A stretch of 62,598 nucleotides of DNA, the filler included, from Bipalium vagum (Eukaryota), in the NCBI GenBank assembly GCA_037834085.1. It is 3 parts of 3 records of this genome, joined end to end, with 100 filler letters (N's around TTAATTAATTAA, not from the genome) between each part and the next. Parts side by side here need not be neighbours in the genome. Positions count along the whole stretch, not along the records: positions 15,992 to 46,211 come from JBBMKC010002155.1; 2 more parts are not named here. One strand, written 5' to 3'. The notes under the pieces are model-generated. The model was not told the origin of the DNA, did no database searches, and was given only the letters and a program-made list of their open reading frames with translations. A program made the translations under genes and the position numbers. Below, piece by piece: positions 26,979 to 38,499 of this stretch (positions are counted from its first letter, which is position 1; each line of letters begins with the position of its first letter).

Positions 26979-29164
26979 CTAGTAATAATTTATTATGTTT
27001 ATTAAAAGTGATTTTATTAATAAATATGCATATTTTCGTAGAAAAAAAAATTCTCTGCAAAAAATTGTTAAATATTACTCAAGAATTCAAAAGATTTGTT
27101 TCTAAATTTTCATTATATTATAGAGAAATTGAAACAATACAATTAAAAGGAAAAATTATATTTACAATATGATAATTTCACTTTAAATTAGACAATTAAC
27201 ATTTCAAACAAATTAAGTAGAATTGAGATTAATAAAACTTTAACGTTAACAATAAAACATTGACTTTAAAGATGATAGTGATCATTGATATAAAATATCT
27301 TCTGTCATGAAAAATATTTTGTTTAAACTTATTTCAATCAATAAAACCATGTACTTCCATCACAATCCTTAGTATTTCATAATACTTGAATGTGAGATAT
27401 ACAAACTACCTAAAATTTGAGTAGTCGTAGAAATTTTTCTTTAGTTATTTAACATTATTACTATGGAAGGATTCGAATTCATAATTTTTATGAAGAGTAT
27501 TACAATATATTGTTAATATCTCAAGACCACAAAATAAAGAAGTGATTTTTAAACAAGTGAAATTTTAAACTCCACGAAAGTACATTCTAGCTAAAGTTTA
27601 AATTAAAATTGTAATTTAAGTATTAATAATTAACTTAGTTAAACAAACCATTTTTAAACCTTCGGTTAGTTAGAAATTTTGAAATGATAATTAGATTATC
27701 TTTGAAAGTTAATTTCTTTTAATTTAATAGAATTAATAGAAGAATAAATAAACCATTTAAAAAAATATATTTTTTAATTAACAATAAAATTCAAAATCAA
27801 CTTATAAATAAAAAAAATAGAAACAATCAAAATTTAAATCTCGTAATAATAAAATATTCTCTTAAAAATCTCTTTCTCCTACTAGACATGATCTGATAGA
27901 ATAATCAAAATTACAAGCTCAATTTGCAACAATTTTTTATTATTGATAAGTTTGGTGTACTATTAATTAATTGCGCATCGTAAGTATTATTAAAATGTTT
28001 AACGATTCAGTCAATCATATCAAAATAACAAAGTATTAAATTAATAACCGTTCACTAATTTAAGGAACATTAATTATGAATTTAAAAAATAAAGTTTCTC
28101 AAATCTAAAATTTTTGAAAAAAGGTACCAGTGGTAAATAACCAGATAATAAAACAATATTTTGATAAAAAGAACAATTAAGACACAATTCAACGAGAAGA
28201 CAGGAAGGAACATATTAAAGTTAATTCAATTGTGAATCCCGAATGGTAAAGGGACTGAGTAAACTTGTATTTTAAAATATTATCTGATGAAGAGAAAACA
28301 GAATACAGTAATTTTTCTCTTGGAAACTTTACATTTACTTGAAATTAGTCGCTTATTTAAACCATTCTTGTGGAAACTTACAAATAAGTTTTTTTTAATA
28401 TGGAAAAGTTTTACTTATGGAAACTTTAAAATTATTTTAATAATATTAAATGTGTACAATAAAGAAGCTCTATAATTATCTAATTGCGTAAGTTAAGACT
28501 ATAAAATATAGAAAGTGTAAATGACAAAAATATCAATTTCCAATAGGTCGAAATAATTAAAATGTTTGAAAATGAAGAGAAAGTCACGAATTTATTAGTT
28601 ATTTTTAATGTAACCAAAAACGTTATTTCAAGATCTAGAGAAAATAGAGGATTATAGTAAAAAAGCGTCAAACCTCAAATATATCAAAAGAATGACAAAA
28701 GTATAATTTCCAGAAATCGAAAAATTGTTATACAAATGGTTCTTAGATCAACGCGTAATCATAAGTGATTTCAAAACTATATTCAACACTACCTGTGAAG
28801 AAAGTAAGGATATTAATAACAATGAGATTTCCACTTCTACATTTTATCGTTTAGTTATACCAAACAACTGACACGGATATCATGAATTGGAGAACTAACA
28901 GAGAAGAGGTTTCAAGAATTATCACTGATGATGAAATCCTTGATAGATCAGCATGCATCGACAAAATTGAGGATGTTGAAATTTATTATCTATTGATGAC
29001 GCTATCCCAGGAACCACCGCTCTTCTAGACTGAGAAGAAAATTCATTGATTAGTAATCAGGTACTAATACTAAGAAAAATACGAGAAATTTCACCAACAA
29101 AAAAACTATATAATATTATTAAAAAAAATATTTATTTAATGTGGTATAAGTTTCTAAAAGAGAA

Positions 29165-30631
29165 AGAGTAGGGGGCACTTTCGTCTTAGGGGTATTCGAT
29201 ATAGGGGGCGCATTCGGTGTAAGGGGCACCTTGAAAAATCAAATCAAAAAAATGCCCCTTTTTTATGGTTTTCAAATTTTAAAGACACAAACTTAAACTA
29301 AAGAAAATTCACGGCGAAATGAAAGATTCTGATCAAGATGCAGCGAGAAAATATGCTGAGGAGTTTAATACTGTTACTAGAGATTATGAATTAATGAATA
29401 TATTCAACGCAGATGAAACAGCTCTTTTTTATAAAGCCTTGCCAGCTAAGAGCTATGTATTAAAATGCGAAAAAATTCAAGGTAAAAAGAGAAACAAAGA
29501 ACGATTGACAGTATTGTTTTGTTGTTCGAAACGGAGAGAAATTGCTACCTTTAGTGATCGGGACAAGTAAATATCCACGAGCTCTTAAAAATATTGATTT
29601 GAAATCTTTAGGAGTCATATATGAGTCTACTAAAAAGGCTTGGATGACGCGTGATTTATTTTCTAGGTGGTTAGTCAAAGTCAAAGAAAATTTTAAAAAA
29701 GAAAAATTGTACTATTAATTGACAATGCTCCGAATCATATTATGACTACACTTTCTAATATAAAAATTTTATTTATGCCAAAGAATACCATAAGCATATT
29801 GCAGCCTTGCGATCAGGGCATAATAAAAACGTACAAAACTTTTTACAGAAGCTTTCAAATTGAAGAATTAGTTACATCTGTTCTTATAGCGGGTAAATTT
29901 CAAAAAATTACACAATTAAATGCAATTGAATGGACCATTTTCTCTTGGAGCAAAGTCTCAGAAGAAGTTATTATAAATTTTTTTAGACACAGTAAATTAA
30001 TAAAACACAATTCATTGCAGAAAGAGAAAAAATTGGAAGATGAAAAGATCATAAGACAAGACATTGAGAAAACGAACGAGAATTAATTCAGAGTAATCTC
30101 GAAATTTTGAACAATAACAATTATGATTCATGTTTTATAAACAATTTCCTTGAAATCGACGATGGAATCATAGAGAAACATGAAAATATTTTTGATTTTA
30201 CTATAGTGGACAATAGCGTCAGTGATATTGTTGAGGAAGAATTAATTGAGAATGAAGTGGAGGATGCAGTAGAAAATTCGATGAAAATTTAAACTGATGA
30301 AGAAGTTGAAAAGTCGCCTGAAATACAGTTTTCAATAGCTGAGAATTGATTGGAATTGGAATGAAAGTTATATGAATCAATCAGCTTTATTCAATCAAAT
30401 ATTTCGATGACTTGTCCAGAGTCCGTACAAGAATTTTACGAATTCAGAAGAAAGTTTTATTCCAATTTTAATAAATGAAAGTACAAAAGAAAATAACTGA
30501 TTAGATGTGTGTTGAATAAAATAATTAATAAATATTTTTGATTTATCTTTCCCTAATGGGCACATTCGGTGTAAGGGACACTTCGAGAAATTTCAAAATC
30601 AAAAGAGCCGCCTATATGAGAGTTTGCTGTA
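29165..30631 (+). mobile_element. pogo/Tigger (DDE_1) transposon relic inside IQCG intron 3
   Basis: IFNADETALFYKALP, KERLTVLFCC, KKAWMTRDLF, LLIDNAPNH, MPKNTISILQPCDQGII. Subterminal repeat cattcggtgtaaggg near both ends; right end gagagtttgctg|ta. Confidence 0.85.
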
Positions 30632-31233
30632 ATTACTGTATGAAAATAACGTTTATCAGATCCTTAAGGCAATCTTAGGCATTTTTAGGTCACGGAGTTC
30701 TTAAAAGTGAAATTATATATTAGATTTTTTAACATGTAATCCAATTATAAATAATACCCGTCTTAATTTTAAATGTAAATGAGAAAATAATTCCGATGAT
30801 ACTGGGATATAGGGAATAAATTATCATGTGTCATATAGATTAATTGAAACCTTTTTGAAGAATAAGTATTACATAAACTAAATGATTTCTATAAAATGTG
30901 AAAAAGCAATATTTTAGAAAATCAGTTTTTAAATGATAGATCTGTTTCTCAAATTTAAGATTGGTGGAAGGTGAAAATGAAAATTTAATTTATTTTCTGA
31001 GATGAAAAAAAAAATTTCGTTAAAGATTAACTAATTTTTAATGCTAAAATTGAACTATATTTAGACATAAATTATAGATACATTAACAAAACCCTTAACT
31101 GATAATGTTAGAGATAATTTGAAAACCATAAACAATAACAAGTCCAATCATCTAATTAAACATTTTGGATTTTCGGTAATATTTTAATTTATTAAAATTA
31201 TGTTTTGGTAATACACATTCTAGAATCACTAAC

Positions 31234-31375
31234 CTATCCTCTTGAACTTTCTTTAGATTGCTTGATGTTAGTGGATTATGATTCATATTTCTTTGAAAAA
31301 TATGAACAGAACTCTTAAGTTCATCTGTTATATCCTTTACTTGCTTCTTAAAGATTGCTTTCTCACTAGGCAATA
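31234..31375 (-). CDS. IQCG: IQCG/DRC9 exon 3
   Basis: ttattag|TA TTG CCT...GAT AG|gttagt; ...RNMNHNPLTSSNLKKVQEDR; phase 1-2. Confidence 0.88.
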
Positions 31376-31417
31376 CTAATAAGAAGATAAATTTTTTTAA
31401 AAATTAAATATTTATAC

Positions 31418-31514
31418 ATCCTTTAGAATTCCCATATTTGGATAAAACATGATGAAATCTGGTTTCGATATCCATACTATTTATCAAAATTTCTTCAACT
31501 TCACCATTTAAAAT
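31418..31514 (-). CDS. IQCG: IQCG/DRC9 exon 2
   Basis: atttag|ATT TTA...GGA T|gtataa; ILNGEVEEILINSMDIETRF; flanking introns of 43 and 42 nt. Confidence 0.8.
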
Positions 31515-31557
31515 CTAAATATTATTTTAGTTATTTTATTGGGATCGAAAAATTTAC

Positions 31558-31683
31558 ATCCAAGACAGCAGGTTGTTCCACATAACTATAAGGCATTATC
31601 TTACCCAGAATATCAAGTTGACGAACATTTTCTGTCAAAGCAATTGATAACGCAATAGCCTCAGAATCGTAAATAACAGACAT
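31558..31683 (-). CDS. IQCG: IQCG/DRC9 exon 1
   Basis: MSVIYDSEAIALSIALTENVRQLDILGKIMPYSY...LD|gtaaat resembles the DRC9 QLxILGxIMP motif. The six exons sum to 1182 nt in one frame. Confidence 0.85.
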
Positions 31684-31999
31684 AATTAAACGATTTATTT
31701 ATTACCAGGTTACGAAATATTTAAACAAGGATTAAATTCTAAAAATTAAAATTAGAAATAGAAAAAAATTCTTTTGGTATTAAAAATTCAAAGTCAAAAA
31801 TATCTATATTTACTATGTATTTCAATAATAAAGTAAAAAGTACAATGTGTAAAAGAAATTCAATCTAAAAAAATAATTAGACTGGTTGTGGTTGTTGAGA
31901 CTGCCTGAGCAGCTTGTTGACTTTTTGTGACTGCCGAATGTTGCGGTTTTATTGTTGTAACTAAAAAAGGGTCTCACCCTTATTTTATTTAATAAATTT

Positions 32000-33300
32000 T
32001 CAGAGCGTCATTTTTAGTGTTTTTGTTAGAGGGTAAGATGAAGAGCACCTTAAGAAGCACCCCTTAAATTTATGGAACTCAGTATTAGGCATATTTATCT
32101 TAGCTGGTTTATGATCTATACATAATCTTTTGTGATTTTCATGAGCTTTTAAAGTTGTTTGGTAATTCAAACCTCTCTTAAGGAATATTATCTCTTCATT
32201 TGAACCTAAATTATATCCTATTTCCCCACACATGTCTTTGAAAATTTTTAATTAAAACATAATAGTATTTATTATTCAATGGAATACCAGCTTTGTTGGT
32301 TAGTTTGAAAAGAATAACTACTTTTTTGGATAGTTCAAAAGGAATATCAACTTTTTTGGATAATAATAGATCAATAGACTCTATTTAATTTCTCATTTAA
32401 ATCTGAACAGTATATTAAATCTGTTTTATAGTTTTCTCTTACATTTCGACTCCCTATCAATTCATATACATTTTTTTTTCAAATTTTTATATCATTAACT
32501 GAAACCTATTTATTTCCTGATGTTGCCTTATCTAATTCGTTAAATAATTCAGTATCATAAGTATATCTATTTGGATCACTAGCATTTTTGATTAATGGAA
32601 TTAAATAAGCTAATTCACAGTATTGGACACATTTATTATGTGTTTTCATATTAACAAAACAATTAATTCTAAAAGGTAATTCTATAAAAGAACCTCCTTT
32701 CAATGAATTTATTTTTACCACTTTAACTTTAATAGAATAATATTTATCAACTACCCATCGTAATCCCTTTACTTTATCTATTTCTCTATCCAAAAATTCT
32801 TGAAAATTAGAAATACCTCCTATCATGTCATCCTCTGTTATATTTCTATTTTAATTTATAATCTGATCATACTCAATCTTTTTTGTAATGAATTCATTAT
32901 CTCTAGTATTATTTATCATATCATTAACTATAAATTTATATTTTATTTTTTAAAAATTATTTAACATGCTTTGTAAATAATTCATTATAGTATCTTTATT
33001 ATTTATTAATATTCTATTATAGTAATGTTTGGTGAAGAAATATCACGAAACGTTTTTTCATCTATTTTAAATTGGGAAGTATTGTCACCTTTAGATAAAT
33101 CCCCATGTTGTGAGGGCAAAAAAGTTGTATCATACATAAGTATGTCTCCTTTAGGTGAATCTTCCCTCACTTAAGTTTCTTGAACTGGAGTTAGTTGTAT
33201 ATTCAATAAATGTTTCTTGGATTTTTTATGAGCACCTAAAGCTTGTGAATTTTTAAAATCTTGATTACAAATTTTGAATTTATATTCGTTTATTTTATTT
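32000..33300 (-). pseudogene. Polinton/Maverick protein-primed DNA polymerase B, N-terminal region (decayed)
   Basis: N-terminal zinc finger (KICNQDFKNSQALGAHKKSKKH), then GLRWVVDK...INSLKGGSFIELPF...VNMKTHNKCVQYCELAYL and RGLNYQTTLKAHENHKRLC..KPAKINMP..KFK. These match the GSSYIxLP/NxxNxDNKCF and CLN..HxxxC..MP blocks of Polinton pPolB. Confidence 0.75.
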
Positions 33301-33899
33301 TTTATATATAAATATTTCTCCAGCTGGGAAAAAGTTAAAATATTACATTATCAAATTAACATAATACCAAAATTATAATAAATAAATATTTAAAAATTAT
33401 TTATTAATAAAATGGATGAAAGAAAAAATTTAGAGTGTTTATCTAATGAGGACTCAAAATTCAAAATAAATTTCCACAAAATAAATATTATGTTATATTT
33501 TTGGGTGCTACAAAGAGTTCTTTAAATAAAAAAGATTTGATAAGCTATCAAAAAGATTTATCATGGTTAATAAATAACTGTACAATAAAACTAAACATGA
33601 AAATACAAATGTACATTTAAATGGTCTAAAAACTAATAACACTAATACTAAAAGTACTAAAACTATTAACACTAGCACTAGAAGTACTAATTTTGAAATT
33701 ATTAAACAAAAATATCCAACATTTTTTAAAGAAGGCGGTAGCACGCAAGTCACACCCGCCTTCATGTCTTCATATTCTTCCTCCATTGGCTCTGTGAGGT
33801 TTAATATCGTAAATACTTTTTTGGTTTCTTCGATTAATAAAGTTGCCTTTTGTACCAAGCTTTGAGTAAGGGGTTTTTTTTAATGATTTTTCGTTAACT

Positions 33900-34400
33900 T
33901 GTTCCTGCCATGGAGTACAAATTAAGTTGCAGATTGCTACCATTTGCCAACAGTCTCTTTCGTTTCGCAATTTTAATTCTGTCCACATTGGTTAATCCAA
34001 TTTTCTCGCTATAACTAAAGGGGTTTGTTGGGGATACTAAGTTCTTATTTTTTATTGCGTAGCTAATTCTCTGATGTCCTGTAAGATTGATATTGGAATT
34101 TTGCATATATTCATAACATCATATATATTATATCCTGCTATCACTTTGTCCTGCATCAGGGTTCTTAGGTAATACTTGAAATGAAATTCATCCATCCCAT
34201 GTTCTAATTGGTCTTCAGTTATCCCTGTTTGCGGAACATTAATGGTTAGTACTCTTTTCTGGGTTCTACTATTGTGTTTAACAATATTTTGCCTTTTAGA
34301 TCCATTAAAGTTGCCGATAATATCTCTTGAGTTTGATCATGACCATCTTTCATGGTAGTTATGGCCAACATGCGTATATCTTCGGGGTTTACTTCACTGC
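33900..34400 (-). pseudogene. REX4/ISG20-like DEDDh exonuclease fold, catalytically degenerate
   Basis: IRMLAITTM...ILSATLMDLKGKILLNTIVEP/...QTGITEDQLEHG...LMQDKVIAGYNIYDVM...DIRELA aligns by eye to VALDCEM...ARVSIVN..G.VLYD.YV.P...SGIT...L.GKILVGH.L.ND. Confidence 0.7.
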
Positions 34401-35499
34401 TTTTAAAATTTATAGATTCTTTATTTTCCAGTTGTTTCTTGTACTGGTGGAATTCCTCGGGCATTGTTTCTATTTGAGATGGGATTTCTGTAAAGATAGC
34501 TTCTACAGCTATTACTGTGTCATTGTTTAGAACTTCGAAACATATGCTATTCTGACGTCCTTTTAGGTTAAAAGCCTTGATTGATTTTTCTTGCTCCACT
34601 TGAATGGGGCTAGTTCCAGCTATATGTAATAGAACTGGGTTTTTTATTATATGTGTGTATATGTTTTCGGTTAAGCGTCCTTTGTTGTTTGTTGCGCTTC
34701 TGATTAGGGGTTTTCCATTTAAAGTTAGACCTGGTTTGCTCATGTGGAAAATCCATAGGCTTCTATTTTGTATTTCATGCGTCTTAAATTGATTGGGAAT
34801 ATCTTTTGGCCTTGGATAATAAAGGAAATTCTTATTGTTATTTTTCAATTTGTAGTTAATCTTTTCTGCCATCATTTTTTAAATTTTGGTATCTTCTTGG
34901 TACTTCTCTAGTATGGTATCTGCGGGTTGATTTTGAAGATATTTCGATATTTGGATTGTAGTCATTGTTGGTTTTTGAGATGGTTGAATTGCGTTGTTTT
35001 GAATTCGAATTGTGTTGAGTTTGGATTGCGTAGCTTGTATTGTATTGATTTGATTGACTGCTGGAGAATTTTCTGAGTTAGCGGTAATTATGATTAAAAC
35101 TGAAAATATAAAATTAAAATTGGTTTTATATAAAAAACGTTTTTAATTAATTGGTTGCGCATGTTTTCATAAACCTGCACAACCTTTAGTAATTGTCATT
35201 TTGATCTTTGATATAATTGTCTTTTATTGGCTATTTTTACAATTAATATTATTATTGCTATTATGACAATTATTATTATTAATATTATTATTAAAATTCT
35301 TAAACTTGTCTTTACAATTTTGCCTCTTAAGTTACTTACAGTTATTTCCAGTATCTTTAGTAATTCTTCCTTTTCTGTATTTTGCTCGTTAACATATCGT
35401 ACGAATAATGGTTCTAATTCTTCTTTTTCTTTCTTACAATGTTTCTACATTTTACTGATGATTATCACTGAATTATGTAATGGCGAATAGTACTGATTT

Positions 35500-35897
35500 T
35501 TCTGTTCTAGCTAATAGTTGAAATTGTGATTACTTTATTGCTTCTTGTATTAGTATTTGTAAAGCAATAGTATTTTTCCATTCGATGGCATGGTCTATTG
35601 CTGATTTACCTACTTTATCTCTTTTTTTATTGCGCATCCTACTGATAATAATGCTATTATAAATTCTTCAGTAATTTTTCCGGCTGTTACTAACATGATA
35701 GCTGTATTTCCGTACATGTTTTCCTCATTTAATGACCATAAGCAAGTATTTTTTATTATTTTCATTATTTCCAAAGCTTGTTCCTCCTTATTTTTCAATA
35801 TTGCATTATTTAAAGGAGTATCTCCATATTTATCTTTCAAAGTAAATATTTCCGGTAACTGCCATGATATCTGATTAAATACCTCTTCTTTTGTCAT
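35500..35897 (-). pseudogene. Ankyrin repeats within the retroelement cargo
   Basis: DKYGDTPLNNAILKNKEEQALEIM...LNEENMYGNTAIMLVT...IIALLSVGC, followed by GKSAIDHA. Confidence 0.8.
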
Positions 35898-36129
35898 TCC
35901 TAATGCGAAGTTGTGCCCAATTTTAGCTATTTTTCATAATACCATCATAATTTCTTCTTTTTCATTACTGTTTGTATCCGTTTCAATTTCTTCATCTATT
36001 GATGTTCCTTCGCTATTACTCATTGAAAACAGCTCCTCGACTCCTTGTGAGATTTCATTTCTTAGAGGAACTATCGTTAAACTTACTTGCTCAGTTGGTA
36101 TGTTTTCATTTGGCTTTGGTATTACTGTT

Positions 36130-36465
36130 CCGAAGAATAATTGATTAGTATTGAAATTTATCATTAAATTGGGTATTTTGATAACAAAGCTATTCCAATT
36201 ATGCACTCATTTGGCGGATTCTCCATAATTTTTACTTCATGTCTGATGTTTTTTCCCTGCAATGTAAATTCGATTTCCACTGTTCCAATTAATTCCATTC
36301 TTCCTTTATTGATTCCTTCGATAATTATTGGAGTATAATGGATTCTTTGCTATTCTGCTATTGATAGCATACTAATATTAAATAGTATGCTATCCGGTGT
36401 TCCGGTGTCTCTTAAGGCGACTTGTAATCGACCGTTTATTGTTAAAGTTATCATAGGACGAGTTT
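36130..36465 (-). pseudogene. Second retropepsin-like aspartic protease domain downstream of integrase
   Basis: A frame missed by the ORF track reads RPMITLTINGRLQVALRDTGTPDS...IEGINKGRMELIGTVEIEFTL...NECIIGIALLSKY/NLMINFNTNQLFF; DTG at 36409-36401; one stop and one frameshift. Confidence 0.75.
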
Positions 36466-36821
36466 CGACTGGTTCTTGATTTCTTTAATATTAATTCTGC
36501 CAAAACTAGATATACCATTACTATAAAATATATTAATAGCAGTCCTATTATACTTCCTATTCTCATCCCCGTTATTAGTTCTTTTAATCCTTTTATTATT
36601 TCTTCAGTTTTCGTATTGTTTTTCATTGCTCTTCCTTCATCGCATATAGCTAAAAATAACAGTAATTGAAATAAATATGGTATTCTTTGAGCTTTATGTG
36701 GTCTTATATTGTATCTTGGTTGATTGTCCATATTTTCTTTTCCGGATTTATTTTTGTCTTGTTGTTCTGTATTTATTATATCTTCTGGTGTTATTGTCTC
36801 AGAGTCTTTTGTCATTAACTT

Positions 36822-37900
36822 CTATAACTTGCATCTATTTGCATGAACCATAATTGGTTCTTTGTATGGTTTCTTTGGGTCTAATAGACTTAGATTTGTA
36901 TTTAACACCTTTTGAACTTTATATGGACCTTTAAAAGTTCTTGTTAGTTTTCCTGATTGTCCTTTTTTAATTACGGGTGATTCCAGCATGACTAGATCTC
37001 CTTCTATTGGTAATTCTCCTTTGGCTTGTTTGTTGTACTGCTCCTTCGTTATTTCTTGGTTATATTTTATAGATAATCCTGCCTTTTTCCAGGCTTCTTG
37101 CAATCTTTCTCTCATTATTAATAAATAGTCCTCTTCATCAGCATAATGTGACGTTGGCGTATAAAATATCAGATCTACAGACATATTTGTATTCCTTAAA
37201 TACATTAGATAAAATAGCATGTTTCTTGATGTACAGCATTTCTATAGGCAAATAAGCATGATGCTATATGTACGTCCCAATCTCTCTGGGATGAATTTAC
37301 GTATGATGCTAGCATATCTTTCGACTAACCCATCAGTTTGTGAATGGTATGGTGAAGTATTTAGTTTCATGATGCCAAAATAATCATTTATACTTTTAAA
37401 TAATTCACTCATAAATTTGGTTCCTCTATCAGTTAGCATTTTCCTAGGTACGCCATATCGATACACTTTTTGTTCTACAAATATTTTTACAATTGTACTT
37501 GCTTTATGGTTTGGTATTGCGAAAGCTTCTGGCCATTTAGTGAAATAGTCACAAACTACCAGAATATACATGTACATGTTTCCTTCTTTTGTTTCCGGAC
37601 ATGGTCCTGTTATATCCATTGCTATTGTTTCCATGGGTGCTAATGGTACAGGCATTGGTTTAAATGGTAATTTTATTTTGCTATCTGTATTTTTTCTGGT
37701 TTGACATATTTCACATGTTTCACACCATTTTTGACATCCTGTGTAATACTAGACCAATAATATTTTTGTCGAATACGTGATAGTGTTTTTCTATTACACA
37801 AATGTCCCCTTAATGTTCCATCGTGATATTCTAGTAAAATGACCTTTCTAAGTTCTCTTGGTACTACGGGAACTGCATCCAAAAAATCTCTGTATTGCAA
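36822..37900 (-). pseudogene. Ty3/gypsy integrase (HHCC remnant, DDE core, GPY/F C-terminal motif)
   Basis: YHDGTLRGH; IAMDITGP...VCDYFTKW...YGVPRKMLTDRGTKF...TSPYHSQTDGLVER; KLTRTFKGPYKV. Confidence 0.93.
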
Positions 37901-38099
37901 TACTCCCTTTATTTCTTCATAATTTTCCACTGATTTATTCTTTTCTTTTAATTTTTCACGGATACTTTTTAACTCTTTATCTGCATTTTGCATCAATCTA
38001 AATTGTTCGTGATCATCTAAATATTGAATTACGGTGAATAAATTTATTCCTGAATATAGTGTATCTACTTCTGCAATTGGTGCACTTGATAATGCATCT

Positions 38100-38490
38100 G
38101 CGTTAGCAATACCTCTTCCTTTCATATATTGAATATTGGTATCATATTATTGTAATTTTAAGGACCATCTTATTAATTTTGATGCCGTATCCCTATGTTT
38201 TAGTAGATACTGTAATGGATTAAGATCTATTAGTACAATTATTTTTCTTCCCCATATATATGTTCGGAACTTTGATACTGCGTATACTATTGCTAGACAT
38301 TCTAATTCGATTGTAGCGTAATGTTTTTCATGATTTTTCAACCCTCTCCTAGAATATGCTACCACATAATCTTTGCTTTCTTAGTCCTGTTTTCCTAATA
38401 CCGCTCCTATGGCTACTCCGCTAGCATCTGTCATTAGATAAAATATTTTATTTAAGTCTGGGTATCTCAGAATGGGTGAAGATGTTAACC
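38100..38490 (-). pseudogene. Ty3/gypsy RNase H
   Basis: LTSSPILRYPD...LMTDASGVAIGAVLG...VAYSRRGL...YATIELECLAIVYAV...RWSLKLQ...NADALS. Confidence 0.93.
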
Positions 38491-38499
38491 TATTTCTTA

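Noticed and set aside
15993-33300. Idea that the two Polinton fragments are one element that captured the zinc-finger and IQCG genes
   Set aside because: No TIRs or TSD seen. The enclosed genes are intron-containing, intact host-type genes while the Polinton pieces are decayed, so independent insertions are simpler.
35100-35338. Apparent GTAAGT...TTTTCAG intron in the gypsy cargo
   Set aside because: Splice phases do not match (0 vs 1) and read-through gives a plausible TM helix; treated as coding, though not excluded.
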